Positions 1-14,814 of a stretch of 64,000 nucleotides of DNA are shown piece by piece. The position numbers and the translations under genes were made by a program. The stretch is from Pelomyxa schiedti (lineage: Eukaryota > Protista > Evosea). The notes under the pieces were generated by a model that saw only the letters and a list, made by a program, of their open reading frames with translations, was not told the origin of the DNA and searched no databases. The stretch lies in NCBI GenBank assembly GCA_020536535.1, contig JAHLWZ010000183.1, positions 55,818 to 119,817 of the forward strand, read 5' to 3'. Numbering within the stretch: the stretch's first letter is position 1; each line of letters starts with the position of its first letter.

Positions 1-1375
1 AAAACACCCAAGGTGGAAGTAAAACCTACTGCACCACATGTCGGAATAAAGGCTGCCGTAGCTGTTGATATCAAGCCCAGCACCCCTGTCAAACCTACCC
101 CACAGGCAGACGTCAAGGCAGCTGTAACAACACCGGCCAAGGTGGAAGTCAAAGCAGACATCAAGGTGGGAACACCACACATGGAAGCCAACATCAGTGT
201 AAAAGCCCCAGTCCCACATATTACCCCCAAAATAGAATTGGCAGGAAAGAAGAAGTCATCCAGCTCATCCTCATCCTCATCTTCAAAGGATAAACTTAAA
301 ATCAAAGTAGTTCCACACGAAGCCACAAAACCAGCAGCAGAGCTTCCTGCCAAGATCACAGTTGAGCCTGCTGTCAAGCTCACAGCCGAGCCTTCTGTGC
401 AGCTCACAGCCGAGCCTGCTGTCAAGGTCACAGCCGACGTGAAGGTAGCAGCAAAGCCAGAAGTGCCAAAGCCAAAGGTGGAAGCTGACCTCTCACTCAA
501 GAAGAAGGGATCCAAGTCGAAGTCATCCTCGTCATCCTCGTCAGGCAAGAAAAAGGGAGGAATCTCGATCGGTTTGCCACACATTGGAAAGCCAGACTTG
601 AAGCTGCCATCTCCAAGCCTCAAGGTCAAGGGCTCCAAGTCAAAGAGCAAGAGCAGCAGCAGCGACAGCAAGAAGAAGCCAAAGGTTGGCGTGAAGGTTG
701 ATGTTGATGCCGGCGCAAAGCTTCCAGCACCCAAGGCGGAAGTGCATGTGCAAGTTCCAGCGCCCAAACCAGAAGTGCCAAAGCCAAAGGTGGAAGCGGA
801 CCTTTCACTCAAGAAGAAGGGATCCAAGTCAAAGTCATCCTCGTCATCCTCGTCGGGCAAGAAGGCCGCAAAGGGAGGACTCTCGATCGGTTTGCCACAC
901 ATCGGAAAGCCAGACTTGAAGCTGCCATCTCCAAGCCTCAAGGTCAAGGGCTCCAAGTCGAAGAGCAAGAGCAGCAGCAGCGACAGCAAGAAGAAGCCAA
1001 AGGTCGGAGTTGACGTCAAGGTTGATGTGCCAAAGCCAGAAGCACCAAAAGCAAAGGTTGACGTGAAGGTTGATGTGCCAAAGCCAGAGGCGCCAAAACC
1101 AAAGGTTGACGTGAAGACTCCTTCCAAAGGCAAAAGAACCAAGTCTTCTTCTTCTTCCTCCAAGAAGACACCCACTGTTAAAGTTTCGGGTCCGTCTCCC
1201 ATTTCCACTTCTGGTGGTGGTGGAGGATTCTTCTCTCGTTTTGGGATGAAATCATCTGGAAAAGTTGAAACCAAGGCTCCCTCTGGTTCTGTTAAAGGTG
1301 AACTCACCGTCAAACCCACGAAAAAGTCTTCGAGCTCTTCTTCCAAAGAAAAAGGAAAATCTTCTGAAAGACATC
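1..1375 (+). CDS. Partial Lys/Ser/Pro/Val-rich low-complexity repeat protein (5' end outside window, 3' end lost in the N-gap)
   Basis: Uninterrupted frame (ORF 13..). Blocks of poly-Ser flanked by Lys (SKSKSSSSSSSGKK) alternate with PKV/VDV motifs. Near-identical segments occur at 38142-38560; the 63880-64000 segment matches the same 38-39.6 kb block. Confidence 0.75.
457..1010 (+). repeat. Coding tandem repeat with 312-bp period (unit 1 at 457, partial unit 2 at 769); also a 48-bp x2 repeat at 1021-1116 and a 24-bp x3 repeat at ~361-435
   Basis: Manual alignment of the two units gives 9 substitutions and one 6-bp indel over ~240 bp. Confidence 0.9.
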
Positions 1376-1475
1376 NNNNNNNNNNNNNNNNNNNNNNNNN
1401 NNNNNNNNNNNNNNNNNNNNNNNNNNNNNNNNNNNNNNNNNNNNNNNNNNNNNNNNNNNNNNNNNNNNNNNNNNN
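1376..1475. other. Assembly/scaffold gap (100 N)
   Basis: Exactly 100 Ns; the flanking sequences belong to different genes on opposite strands. Confidence 0.97.
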
Positions 1476-2672
1476 ACACCCATTCGCCAGCACAAAGCGA
1501 GGATGTAATGAGCATCGGCCAGTTCGGGCCAGACCATCTCGTCGTTGAATTTGGTGGAACTGCCCGCGCAAAGGACGGCACGATACAACAAGGCAACTGC
1601 TGTGTCGCTGTGATCCACTTCAACAACTGGTTTCGGTCCGACAGTGTTCTTGAGTGTGCCACTTGTGATAGTGTGAGATGTGAAGTCTTTTTTTTTTGAG
1701 GGAGAGATACCTTTCAAAAGTGGGTTCTGCAGTTGTTGCACAAGATGACTTCGCAGGACTGAAAACTGGATACAGCAGTGTGGAACTGTTCGTTTCAGTT
1801 GACGACGCAGTTGGTGTTGCTGTTGGTCTGAGCGATGATGTTGGGGTGACTGTTGGTGGGCTCCTGGGCCTTGGTGCGGTTGTTGTTGTTGTTGGTGATG
1901 GTGTGATCGCTGCGGATTTTGCCAGAGTGGAACTCGCCGCAGTGGAACTGTGCATTGTTGTTGTTGTGGATGGTGGTGTTGTTGGTGTGGATGTGGGGGA
2001 ACTGGTGGATGTGTTGGTGGTGGTGGTTGTGTTGGGTGATTTCTTGCCATTGGCCTTATTTACAACGCTGCTCAATAAATCACCTCGTGGGGGAAGGGTG
2101 GGAACTGAAGCAAGACAACGCTTCAATTTTGACATCTTTGCGCGGTAAAGCAACCACGAAGCCAACGCAACGCGAGCTTGTGCCAACACCCTTGGTGGTG
2201 TCAAAGGATTGTCGTCTATAATAATCCTGCGAAGGGAAGTTGCGCCCCTGATCTCGTCCTGAGTGATCCACGGCGTGGCACTCCCAGTTATTCTGCACAA
2301 TGCCAAGCAGAGCACGCAAACGTTGAGTACCAAATCGTCTTTGGAGCCCACCCAGTGAGATCCAGACGCGTCGTCGAGAATCGCCGAGACGCGGAAAGGG
2401 TCGCCGTCGCCGCCGTCGATTTCAGGGGGCGTGTAGGCGTCGTCGCACAGATCCTTGTGGGCCTTTCCGCCCAACGTGCGGATCTTGTAGAATATGACGC
2501 GCACAGTTGACTGAGACCGGACGTTGCGTGAGTTCAGTTCGGCCGTAATCAACGTCCAATCTTCGGGCGCCAACGACTTGACGAACTCGTCCTCCTCGGC
2601 CTCCAGATCTGGCTTTGACTTGGCAACAACTCGACTTGAATCGGTGACAACGGCCGATCCTGTCGAAGGCAT
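1476..2672 (-). CDS. Hypothetical protein with a Thr/Ser/Pro-rich linker and a probable SEL1/TPR-like repeat at the 3' end (runs into the gap; apparent frameshift at an A10 run)
   Basis: ORF 1620..2672 plus a downstream frame reading ...ELADAHYILALCWRMG (SEL1-like). The two frames join if the homopolymer at 1688-1697 is one base shorter. Confidence 0.55.
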
Positions 2673-2772
2673 CGACTGCTTTGGTTATTATTTGTTTTTT
2701 ATGTTGTTTTGCGTTTGATCGCTTTTTTGTTTGTGGCACTAAACCAAGTTGATAGCGGTTCAAGTTGGATTC

Positions 2773-4935
2773 TTAAGTTCGGAATGTGGTGATCCCAGCT
2801 TCCATCTTGGGCCTAAGATGCTTTGGAGGGGCGGCAGCGACGACGTTTGGAAAGTCTTCCCTTCGGAGAAGCCAGGTGATTACGGCCTGTGAGCCCCAGA
2901 AGCCATCCTCATGACCAGGAATTCTCATGCCAAGGGTGCAACACACAACACCACCAACAACCGCTGTTCTGTCCCATTCCACCTCGTGGAGGTTGTTGGT
3001 GCTGTTGTTGAGGTTGCTTTGGGTGTTATTTCCTATGGCTGTGGGGACCACCTGAGATGCTGTGGGGGGTGCTGGAGATACGACGAGATTGTAGACGTAG
3101 TCTCCCATAATGTGGTCCGCCGTGCGGGGCTCGCCTAGAACAGAGGGCAGGCACCATGTGTTGTTGTGCCATACGGGGTGGTCTGTGGTTATTTCCAGAA
3201 CAGAGGCAGGGTTCCCGGATCCAATTGTTGTTACGATCTCTATTGGTTTCCCAACAGGGCATCTGTGTGAAAAATAAAAACATACTTCAAACTAGATGGA
3301 GGAAATCCGTACTTCCAAATACAGATCACAGTAGCAGGTTTAGTGTGCGTTGGGTCACCGTTGATTGCAGTTGCAATGAGATCACCTACTTGTAGCTTTT
3401 TCAGAAGAATTTCCGTGCCGTTAGCCATCAATATTGTGGAATTTGGACCAAAGCAAACATATTCTTCATCCTGGGGTTTGTTAGAAAAAAAAAATACGCG
3501 CTGGTGCACACCCTCCTCCATCTTCTTGATGATGAACTTACAATAACCCACTCAGAGAAGCACTTCTCGGGATCCCACAAGAAGCTTGGATTCTTCCAAC
3601 TCAAGCCATTTATTATACCAGGGTATGTCCATCTCGTGTTGTAGAGTGTATTAGTCCAAAGTGGTTCTGTTTTGGCAAAGTGATAGAACTGCCGACATGT
3701 ACGGGAAACAGCTATCAGGGAGGGGAAGTCAAGATAGCCGAGAATTCCTGGGCAAGTTAACTGATCAGTGTCCAAGCTTACTTGGATTTCAGAGTCGTAT
3801 TAAAACTTACCAAGCCAGATATCGCGTGGGAAGAAACTAATTGAAGCTTGAGCAACACCCTCACTGGGTATTTGAATAGTAGAACATTTGCTGACACTGT
3901 GAGCTTATTAAAGTGTGAATATGATCAAAGAGTTCTGTTCACACCTTACAGATGTAGTACTTTTTGGATTTGGAGTACTTTTCGAGAAGAAGCTGAAAAA
4001 GCTTTTCTTTGGTTTTTCCTCATAGCCAAAGCTTCCAGCTCTACATAGAGCCTCACATAGTTCATTTAATCCTCTCTTTAGTTTGGAACTTATTGTTGAA
4101 CCACATCAGTGAGATTAATCTGAGTGGTCCTACCTGCACAGAAAGTAACCATAGGCCTGAATTTTTATTGCCGCAGTGATACCATCCTGCAAGATGTCCT
4201 AGTCGAAGGTTAGAAAAACTGCTGGACTAGGGAAAAATATGGCAAACAGGGTAAAGGGCTTCTGAAACAAGGTCCATTTTTAACCCAACAAGAAAAGTCA
4301 TAGTCTGCGCATCACGGTCATGAAAACGTAATACTAAAAAAAACTTACCTTAGGTTTGAGTTCCCGAAGTTGATTGTTACTTTCAGTCAATACCTCCACC
4401 AGCGAAGTCTTATCTGCAGCACAATAACATAGGACGACTATATTGGCATTGGAGAAACTGTTGAGAGTCAAAGCAAGGCACAAGTCATTGTATGCACCAA
4501 AGGTCTCTCATGGGCGTGAACTGCTCACATCCCAAACTACCAATGCATTCTATTGCGTTACTTTCACAAAAAAAAAAATAAATAACACACTCTAAAAACT
4601 CCAATAGTGTGACAGTGTCATCCATCTCAATTTGTTTGCTCCACTTGATTGGATATTAGAAAGCAAAACAGCAGCATAGGCACAACTGATGGTTCTATTG
4701 AGCCCTCATATACACGGTCAGAGTAGATTCCATTCACACACCTGTGCTTCCATCATTGCCCAACACCAGGAAAACATTGCCCCAAAAACCCCACAACCTA
4801 ACGCAAAAACAAAAAAAAAAACCACCAAACGCACGTCTCCACAAGGGTGGTTTTCCCAACGCACGACGGGCCAAACACCATCACTTTGCCCCTCAACCGA
4901 CGCTTCGTTGTGACTGACGTGCTTCCTGACCACAT
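2773..4935 (-). CDS. Ras-superfamily GTPase + F-box + Vint-type Hint domain fusion protein (multi-exon)
   Basis: Spliced translation gives GPSCVGKTTL (G1), GCEQFTPMRDL, FLVGLKMDL (G4) and CSSKLKRGLNEL (G5); then F-box FFPRDIWLGILGYLDFPSLIAVSRTCRQF; then Hint YV-CFGPNSTILMANG...LQVGDLI, LEITTDHPVW...W, VYNLVV and VGGVVCCTLG...FWGSQAV. The F-box/Hint introns (3471-3541, 3263-3312) are GT-AG and frame-preserving. Confidence 0.8.
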
Positions 4936-5110
4936 GTTACGCGAAATGAAAAAAGTGAGGAAAAAGTGGCGAACCTGTTGAAACGGCATTTGAAAAAAAG
5001 CGAATGAGCAATCATTATGTTGTTGTTGGGGGCGTTCTGGGGTTTTTTGGATTGTGTATATATTTGTAGTGGAGTGTGGTCTAGTATACGCGACAAGTGA
5101 CAACGAGACA

Positions 5111-5888
5111 ATGGCGTTCAAGGTTGTGTTCATTGGGTGTTTCTAATTCTTACGGGATTTGATTTGCAGAAACTGCATGCTATAGCGGCGGCGTTGGCGT
5201 TCCTAGCGGTTATGTGTGCTATTGTTGCTCTGTGTACTCACCATTGGATGATTCGCAAAGATGATGGGAAGTGAGTGACCGATAAACTTGGGCATTTCCC
5301 ACCTATTTTTAAACACTATGTAACTTTGAAACAGAACTTCGTACCTTGGTCTCCTCAGGGCAAAAGAATGTACCTCTGAAGGTTGCAAAAAAACGGGCTT
5401 GGGTCAGAGTGATTACTCCTCATTCAGTCACGCTGGCAAGGTGATTACTCCCCTCACTGACTTATATTTGTAGTACTATAATAGCACCAAAGTATTAACC
5501 TACAGACTGACTATATCTTATTGTTGTAATAGTTAACATGAATTTGCCGTATAATACATTAACTTGCACACACATGCAGATTGCATTCCCTTTGATTTTG
5601 GTCGGGATGGTGATCACGGCACTGGCGGCAGGCTATTACGCACTGAATTCGTTTGGATCCAGAATGACGAGCCCGGCGGCCCATATGTGCATCAGCGCCA
5701 ACGCAATTGTGGGAGCGGGCCTGGTGCTGCTCGCGTGGGTGATTTGGATTGCAGTGGTGCCACGTGGAGGCGGCTGGAGGATCGGGTTCTCGTTCTTTTT
5801 GGCAATTGCGGCCTCGGCTCTGGCGGCGGCAGCTTACGCGGCTTCGATGGTCAAGCAAAAACAGGGTGCTGCGTTGCTTGGGAGCTGA
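5111..5888 (+). CDS. Four-TM claudin/PMP22/amastin-like membrane protein
   Basis: Spliced MAFK|KLHAIAAALAFLAVMCAIVALCTHHW (TM1 followed by W), then three further hydrophobic helices in the last exon. Confidence 0.65.
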
Positions 5889-6071
5889 GAGTGATTCTCT
5901 TCGCTGACTGCGCGTTATGGGATTGACGGCTTTGACAGGTGTGGAGTAATAGCCCTGCAATGAGACTGGGATTCGAAAAAGAAAATTTTTTCAGATCTGT
6001 GTTGCTTGTCTTTTTTTCGGACAGAAACAATAAAAAAAAAACCAAAGAGGGGCACGACGCTGCACCGGTAG

Positions 6072-9802
<3,731 letters not shown>

Positions 9803-9926
9803 AATCGGGAATTTCACAAACGCCTATGTAATAAAAAAACACAGAGGCAGAGGGTTTGCTTCTTTTTTTTTTTTCCCCCAACATCAGCAGTTTTTTTCGT
9901 GTGTTGCTTTCTAAGCCACTAAGTCC

Positions 9927-11387
9927 TTAGAGGAGAGAAACTGCAGTAATCCTTGTCGTGTTGTTGTCCATCACGAAATCAACTTGAAAGCTGTCGAGAG
10001 TGACAGAGTAGGGTGTTGTGACTGTTGTTGTGTTGGCGTCTTTGGCCTGGTTGCTGATGCTGCGGATATCAAACTGCAGTGCGTTCTTCAGGAATAGAAC
10101 CAGTTCGTCTGGGTTGGAAAACATGGTCTTGTAGGGTGGGAGGTGGGAGGGGGTAAGGGGAGGATTGTCAGAGCCGGAAAGGGCTGTTGGGCTTGTGGGT
10201 TTTTTTGAGGGCGCCGAAGAGAACTCGGAATATAGCTGGTTTAGGGCGGAATCCGTGAATTCAACGGGATGGATTGGAATATCTTCCGATGCCCACGCGG
10301 CTGGCTTGGAATCGGCTACCATGTCGGCCGGTATGTAGGGCTAAAGTGGGTGTAAATCGATCGATTCTCGTGAGCAAGCACTTCAAGTGTGGTTTATTTA
10401 TAGATTTACATTTGACGTTGGCTACCTTTATGTCAAACACAGGGGTACCGTCGATTATGTCCAATCCAGAAATTCGGAGCTGGTTAATTTTGTTCTGAAC
10501 AAAACTCTAACAGGAAAGAAAGCTTACATTGGGACCGTCAATTGACTCAATTTTAGCAATAGACAGACCAATGTTGCAGGGTCTATGCGGCGATCGTGTC
10601 GCAAAGACGCCCATACTCATCCCTAGAATAGGAATTTGGTGAGTGAAATAGTAAGGAAACAATACCCTTCAGTCTTGGTGGGTGAACCTGTCTCCCACGT
10701 GAATAGAAAAAAAATAGTGGTGAACGAAACTAACCAACCTTGAGCTTTGTGGAAGTTTTATGTGCATTGGTATTTGTGTGGAACTGAAATAAAATCCAAC
10801 AATGGGAGTATGCATCCAAGCCACACAAGGCTTCCCTGCCCGCAGTCCTCTCGTCTAGGACCACCACGCCTCTGCCTTTGTCAACCAACAGGCCTTGCCT
10901 CGGCGTGCCATAGCGCCGGCGATATACGCTCCTCACAACTCCAATTGGCTTGAAAGTCACGGCGTCGAATCCCGTCACTACTGGCTTGGCCACGTGAGTC
11001 CCATCGAGTGGCTTCGTAGTGCAACAAGTTCCATCTCCAGAATCCTGCTGTGGCTGATCTTCGTGGTTTTGCTCAGGAGTTGCATTGGAACAGGCAATAG
11101 TAGAAGAAGCTGATGATGACATAGTCTCCTGAAGTGCCTTGAGGGCTCTTTCAGCCCTTATTCTGCCAACTCTTTCTTCCTTCCTTTTGTGTTTTGTTTT
11201 GTCATTTTGGGTCGTATGCACTCCAAGTAAACGTTGTTCGCGCAAAACAATATAGGTTAGGATGCCTGAGGGTCTCTGCCTTCATCAGTGTGACCTCCAG
11301 GGAAGTAAGCTTTTTGCGGAGGCTCAAAACGACCATAATGGGAAACAGGCACGCCGCACCCAACATCCACCATGTCACGTCCCACAT
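9927..11387 (-). CDS. TRMO: tRNA m6t6A37 methyltransferase TrmO/TsaA with an N-terminal TM helix and coiled coil
   Basis: FKPIGVVRSVYRRRYGTPRQG, GLDAYSHCWILFQFH, GVFATRSPHRPCNIGLS and DIIDGTPVFDIK are TsaA motifs. Confidence 0.9.
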
Positions 11388-11548
11388 GCCTGGGAAAGAA
11401 AACAAAAACCAAAACACACTGTCCATACTTCAAGGGTACGCTCCTCAGGAACTTGTGGCATACAGGTAGCATCCTCAAGTTCCATCTGCCGGAGACGACC
11501 CCTTTCTGAGCGAACCGAGTCTCCATCACTTACCAGAAAAAGTACGCG
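11388..11548. promoter_or_regulatory. Putative bidirectional promoter between TRMO and ELP2
   Basis: Divergent start codons with 161 bp between them; no specific motif identified. Confidence 0.45.
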
Positions 11549-14500
11549 ATGAGCCAGGACACCGGCATCAACGCGGTGCAGTTGCGTTCCCTGTTTGTAT
11601 CGTGCGCAGGCAACAGACGTGGCGGAGCGTGTTCGTGGTCCCCGTGCTGCCGTAGCCTCGCCTGCAATTGCTCCCCCACACCCTCGCCCACGTCACCAAC
11701 GAATGCAACTGCAGCGAGCACCAGTGGTAGTACGAGGAGATGGGGAGTGCTGGCCTACGCTGCACGTAGTTCCGTGGGGCTATATTGCCAAGTAGCGGGG
11801 GGCTGCAGTGCCGACGATTATGGGAGCGGAGGTGCGGGCTACTTGTTCTCGTTGGTGCACCCGGCAACCGCGATTATGGGCGAGGGACAGAGACAGCAGC
11901 AGGGAGAGGACCTTGGCCGCGGGCATAAATTGGCCGAGATAACCGCACTGGCGTGGGCGAATTGTGGGACCGTTGTGGTTGGCACTGCCGGGGGCTCTGT
12001 TTGCGTTGTCACGTGGCTACGCGATTATGGGACTCGGTGCAACTCCGTGGTGTGTGATTCTAGCGTTTTGGGACCTGGCGGTGACTTGATTGTTTCCCGG
12101 TTTGGAAGAAGCTATTCAGAGGTTTGCTTGTTGTTTTCCTCTTTTTATGGTTGGCAACTCGTTGTGCTAAAGATTCTATCCAGATTATTGGGAATACGGA
12201 ATTTCCTGTAAGCGCAGTTGCAGTTACCTCTCCACTGTGTGTTTGTGGCGAGAAAGGTACCTTACAATTTCTGGCAGTGTGTACTGCTTCCAATGTAGTA
12301 CAGCTGTGGATTGAGAGAGACGGTAATCTTATATTCCTTTAACGATGCATTAACTTTTTTCCTGCAGGTTCATACACAAAACATCAGGTGCTTGAAGCAC
12401 CTTGCATGTGTGAGTCTATATCCCTGTGCGCTCTGGGAACACATGTTCTGGCATTAGGTGGCGTTGACGCCCGTGTGCATGTATACTCAGCTGCAATCAG
12501 TACTCCCACGGTAGTGGCGCAGTTCCAACATGTAACTTCTCTCAGTGGGCATCAAGATTGGGTGCGAGCAGTTGATTTTATTGTAGACGCTAGCAGTACA
12601 ACCTCCGAAATAGATTTTCAAATCTAACTCCTCATACAAGACTCTACAGCCCTCCTTGCTAGTGCCTCACAAGATAAAAGAATACGAATATGGAAGTTCA
12701 CTGTTCAAAATGCGCGCACCCTTCCCCTTGTCTCACGGTAATCGTCATTTAGGGAGCATTAATTGGGGCTCTTGAGTCAGTTTTATATGGGCACGATGAC
12801 TGGATCACATGCGTTAAGTGGTTCTCCCCTGGATGCCTATTGTCATCTTCTATGGACCGCACTGTTTCTATCTGGACTCCTGCCATGGGTATTGGTCTTG
12901 CAGTGCTACTGTTCTCATCACACCCAAGGCAGTAACCTGTGGCTCAATCATACCCGATTGTTTGGGGTGTCCGCCCATGCGCTAGCAGGAAATATTCTTG
13001 GTTTTTATAGTGTTGGAGCCGAGTCCGGGGGTAGTGTTGTTGCCGCACAGGGCTATAATGGCGGACTTCATGTGTGGTTACTTTCTCCTGAGCTCCCGTC
13101 ACCAATGCCAACTGTAACAACATGCTCTGCCATTGGGGGTAAAGCTAATTATCCCATCTACTCCTGACTTGCTTCAGGCCACTATGGAGGAGTAAGAGGA
13201 GTCACTTGGATGCTCGATGAATATTCCGGCGTCCCATATGTGCTATCAATAAGCATTGATCACACAGTGCGTGCAATTGCCCCATATGCTAACCCACATG
13301 GAATGTCTTGGCATGAAATTGCAAGGCCAGTTGTTCATGGGTTCGCTCTTAAGTGCCTTTGCCCTCTCCCTGATCATAGGGTATCTTTCCGATTTCGTTG
13401 TAATCTCACCCACCGATCTACACCAGTTCGCACTGGCGTCTGAGGAAAAAATTGTAAGAATTCTGGAAGCACCTCAAACGTTCCTTCAGACAGTGTACCA
13501 GGTATGTGTTCCCTTGTGCGCACTCTAGAATAAATTCAGTAATACAGATTGCGGGAATTAATGAGGGTAATCAAAATCGGGAACTCATTCTTTCTCGTCC
13601 TTGGGGTGCCACATTACCAGCACTTTCAATCTCTAATAAACCTATACTTTCGCAGTCTGACGTTGATTATTCCCAGAGTAATGAACCAGCTTCAACAGGT
13701 TGTGATTTTGCAACTCCTCACCCTAATGTTGCACAGGGATTGATGAGGTAGAGGACGACGAAGAGGGTGGCGGAGATTACTCTGCCACAGTGTCAAGCAC
13801 TCCCATCGTGCACTCCCACCCACCTCTTGAAGAACACTTGACCAACAACACATTGTGGGTAGAGTGCAATAAACTGTACGGAAACACTGACGATGCTACC
13901 TGTATGTGTACTTCGCAAAATGGAGCCTTTGTTGCATGTGCATGCACTCCTGGCCGAGTTGTGGAGTGTGTAGTCAGGGTGTGGGCTTGGCGTGAGGGCG
14001 GAGGAGCAAGACCTGTAATTGTGACCACCCCACAAAGAGGGATGCTTACCTGCATGAGTTTCAGTCCGAACTTTACAAGGTACCTCTTCTTATTGTTTCC
14101 CATTTGCTTACTCAGTTCTAAACAACCAACCCCAACAAAACAAGTGGAGGTGCTAGTGTGACGCTATTGGCTACTGGGAGCACTGACCACTCCCTGTGTC
14201 TACTGTCTTGCCCCTCATGGAAAGTTGTCAACCACACTGCAGATATCCACTCGTCGCCCATCACGTCGTGCGTGTGGGCCCAGTCCGAAGTCGATGGCCA
14301 GCCTCTTCTAGTGACCTGCTCCACAAAGGACCACGCCCGGCCAGTGGCACTTTGGCGGGTGTTTGCCGACCCAACCACCGGTAACGTGAAAGCGGAATTA
14401 GCCCTGTGTTTGGAAGTGGCCTCTCCAACGTGCATATCTCCAATGCCCCCCTTATCAACAAACACCATGTGCTCAATTGCAGTTGGAACATCTGATGGTG

Positions 14501-14814
14501 TCCTGCAACTGTGGACCGTGAAGAAACAGCCACAACAGCAAGAAACAGTTAAAACAACAACCACCCCATCAGCAACAACAGCAACAGCAACAGCAACAGC
14601 AACTACACCAGAGGTAATTAGAGTGATTGGCAGCAAAGTACTGCAGTTGCAGCTGCACACTGACGCAATAACCACAGTTGCATGCACGGCAAACAGGGCA
14701 ACTGCCAAATGGAGCGGATTCATTGGTGCGCCCAACCAGAGGTGCGATGGCGGGATCCTGATTGCCACAGGCTCACTGGACCAATCTGTGCAAATTCACC
14801 ACCTCCGCCTGTGA
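11549..14814 (+). CDS. ELP2: Elongator complex protein 2 (WD40)
   Basis: SGHQDWVRAVDF, ASQDKRIRIW, WHEIARPVVHG, EEKIVRILEAP and PPLEEHLTNNTLWVECNKLYG match ELP2 signature segments. Confidence 0.88.

Noticed and set aside
457-1116. CRISPR-like or telomeric array
   Set aside because: The units are long, in-frame coding repeats without unique spacers, and no cas genes are present.
13-2050. ORFs read through the N-gap (13..1548, 1252..1662, 1265..1699, 1310..2050)
   Set aside because: They are artefacts of translating Ns; the two sides are unrelated genes.
2830-3455. Hint domain as an intein or mobile element
   Set aside because: It has no homing endonuclease, no C-terminal His-Asn plus Cys/Ser/Thr, it sits at the protein C-terminus, and it contains a spliceosomal intron; it is a Vint-type domain.
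5409-5456. Direct repeat GTGATTACTCC at an exon and the adjacent intron start (intron gain by duplication?)
   Set aside because: Only 11 bp and a single instance; too weak to support.
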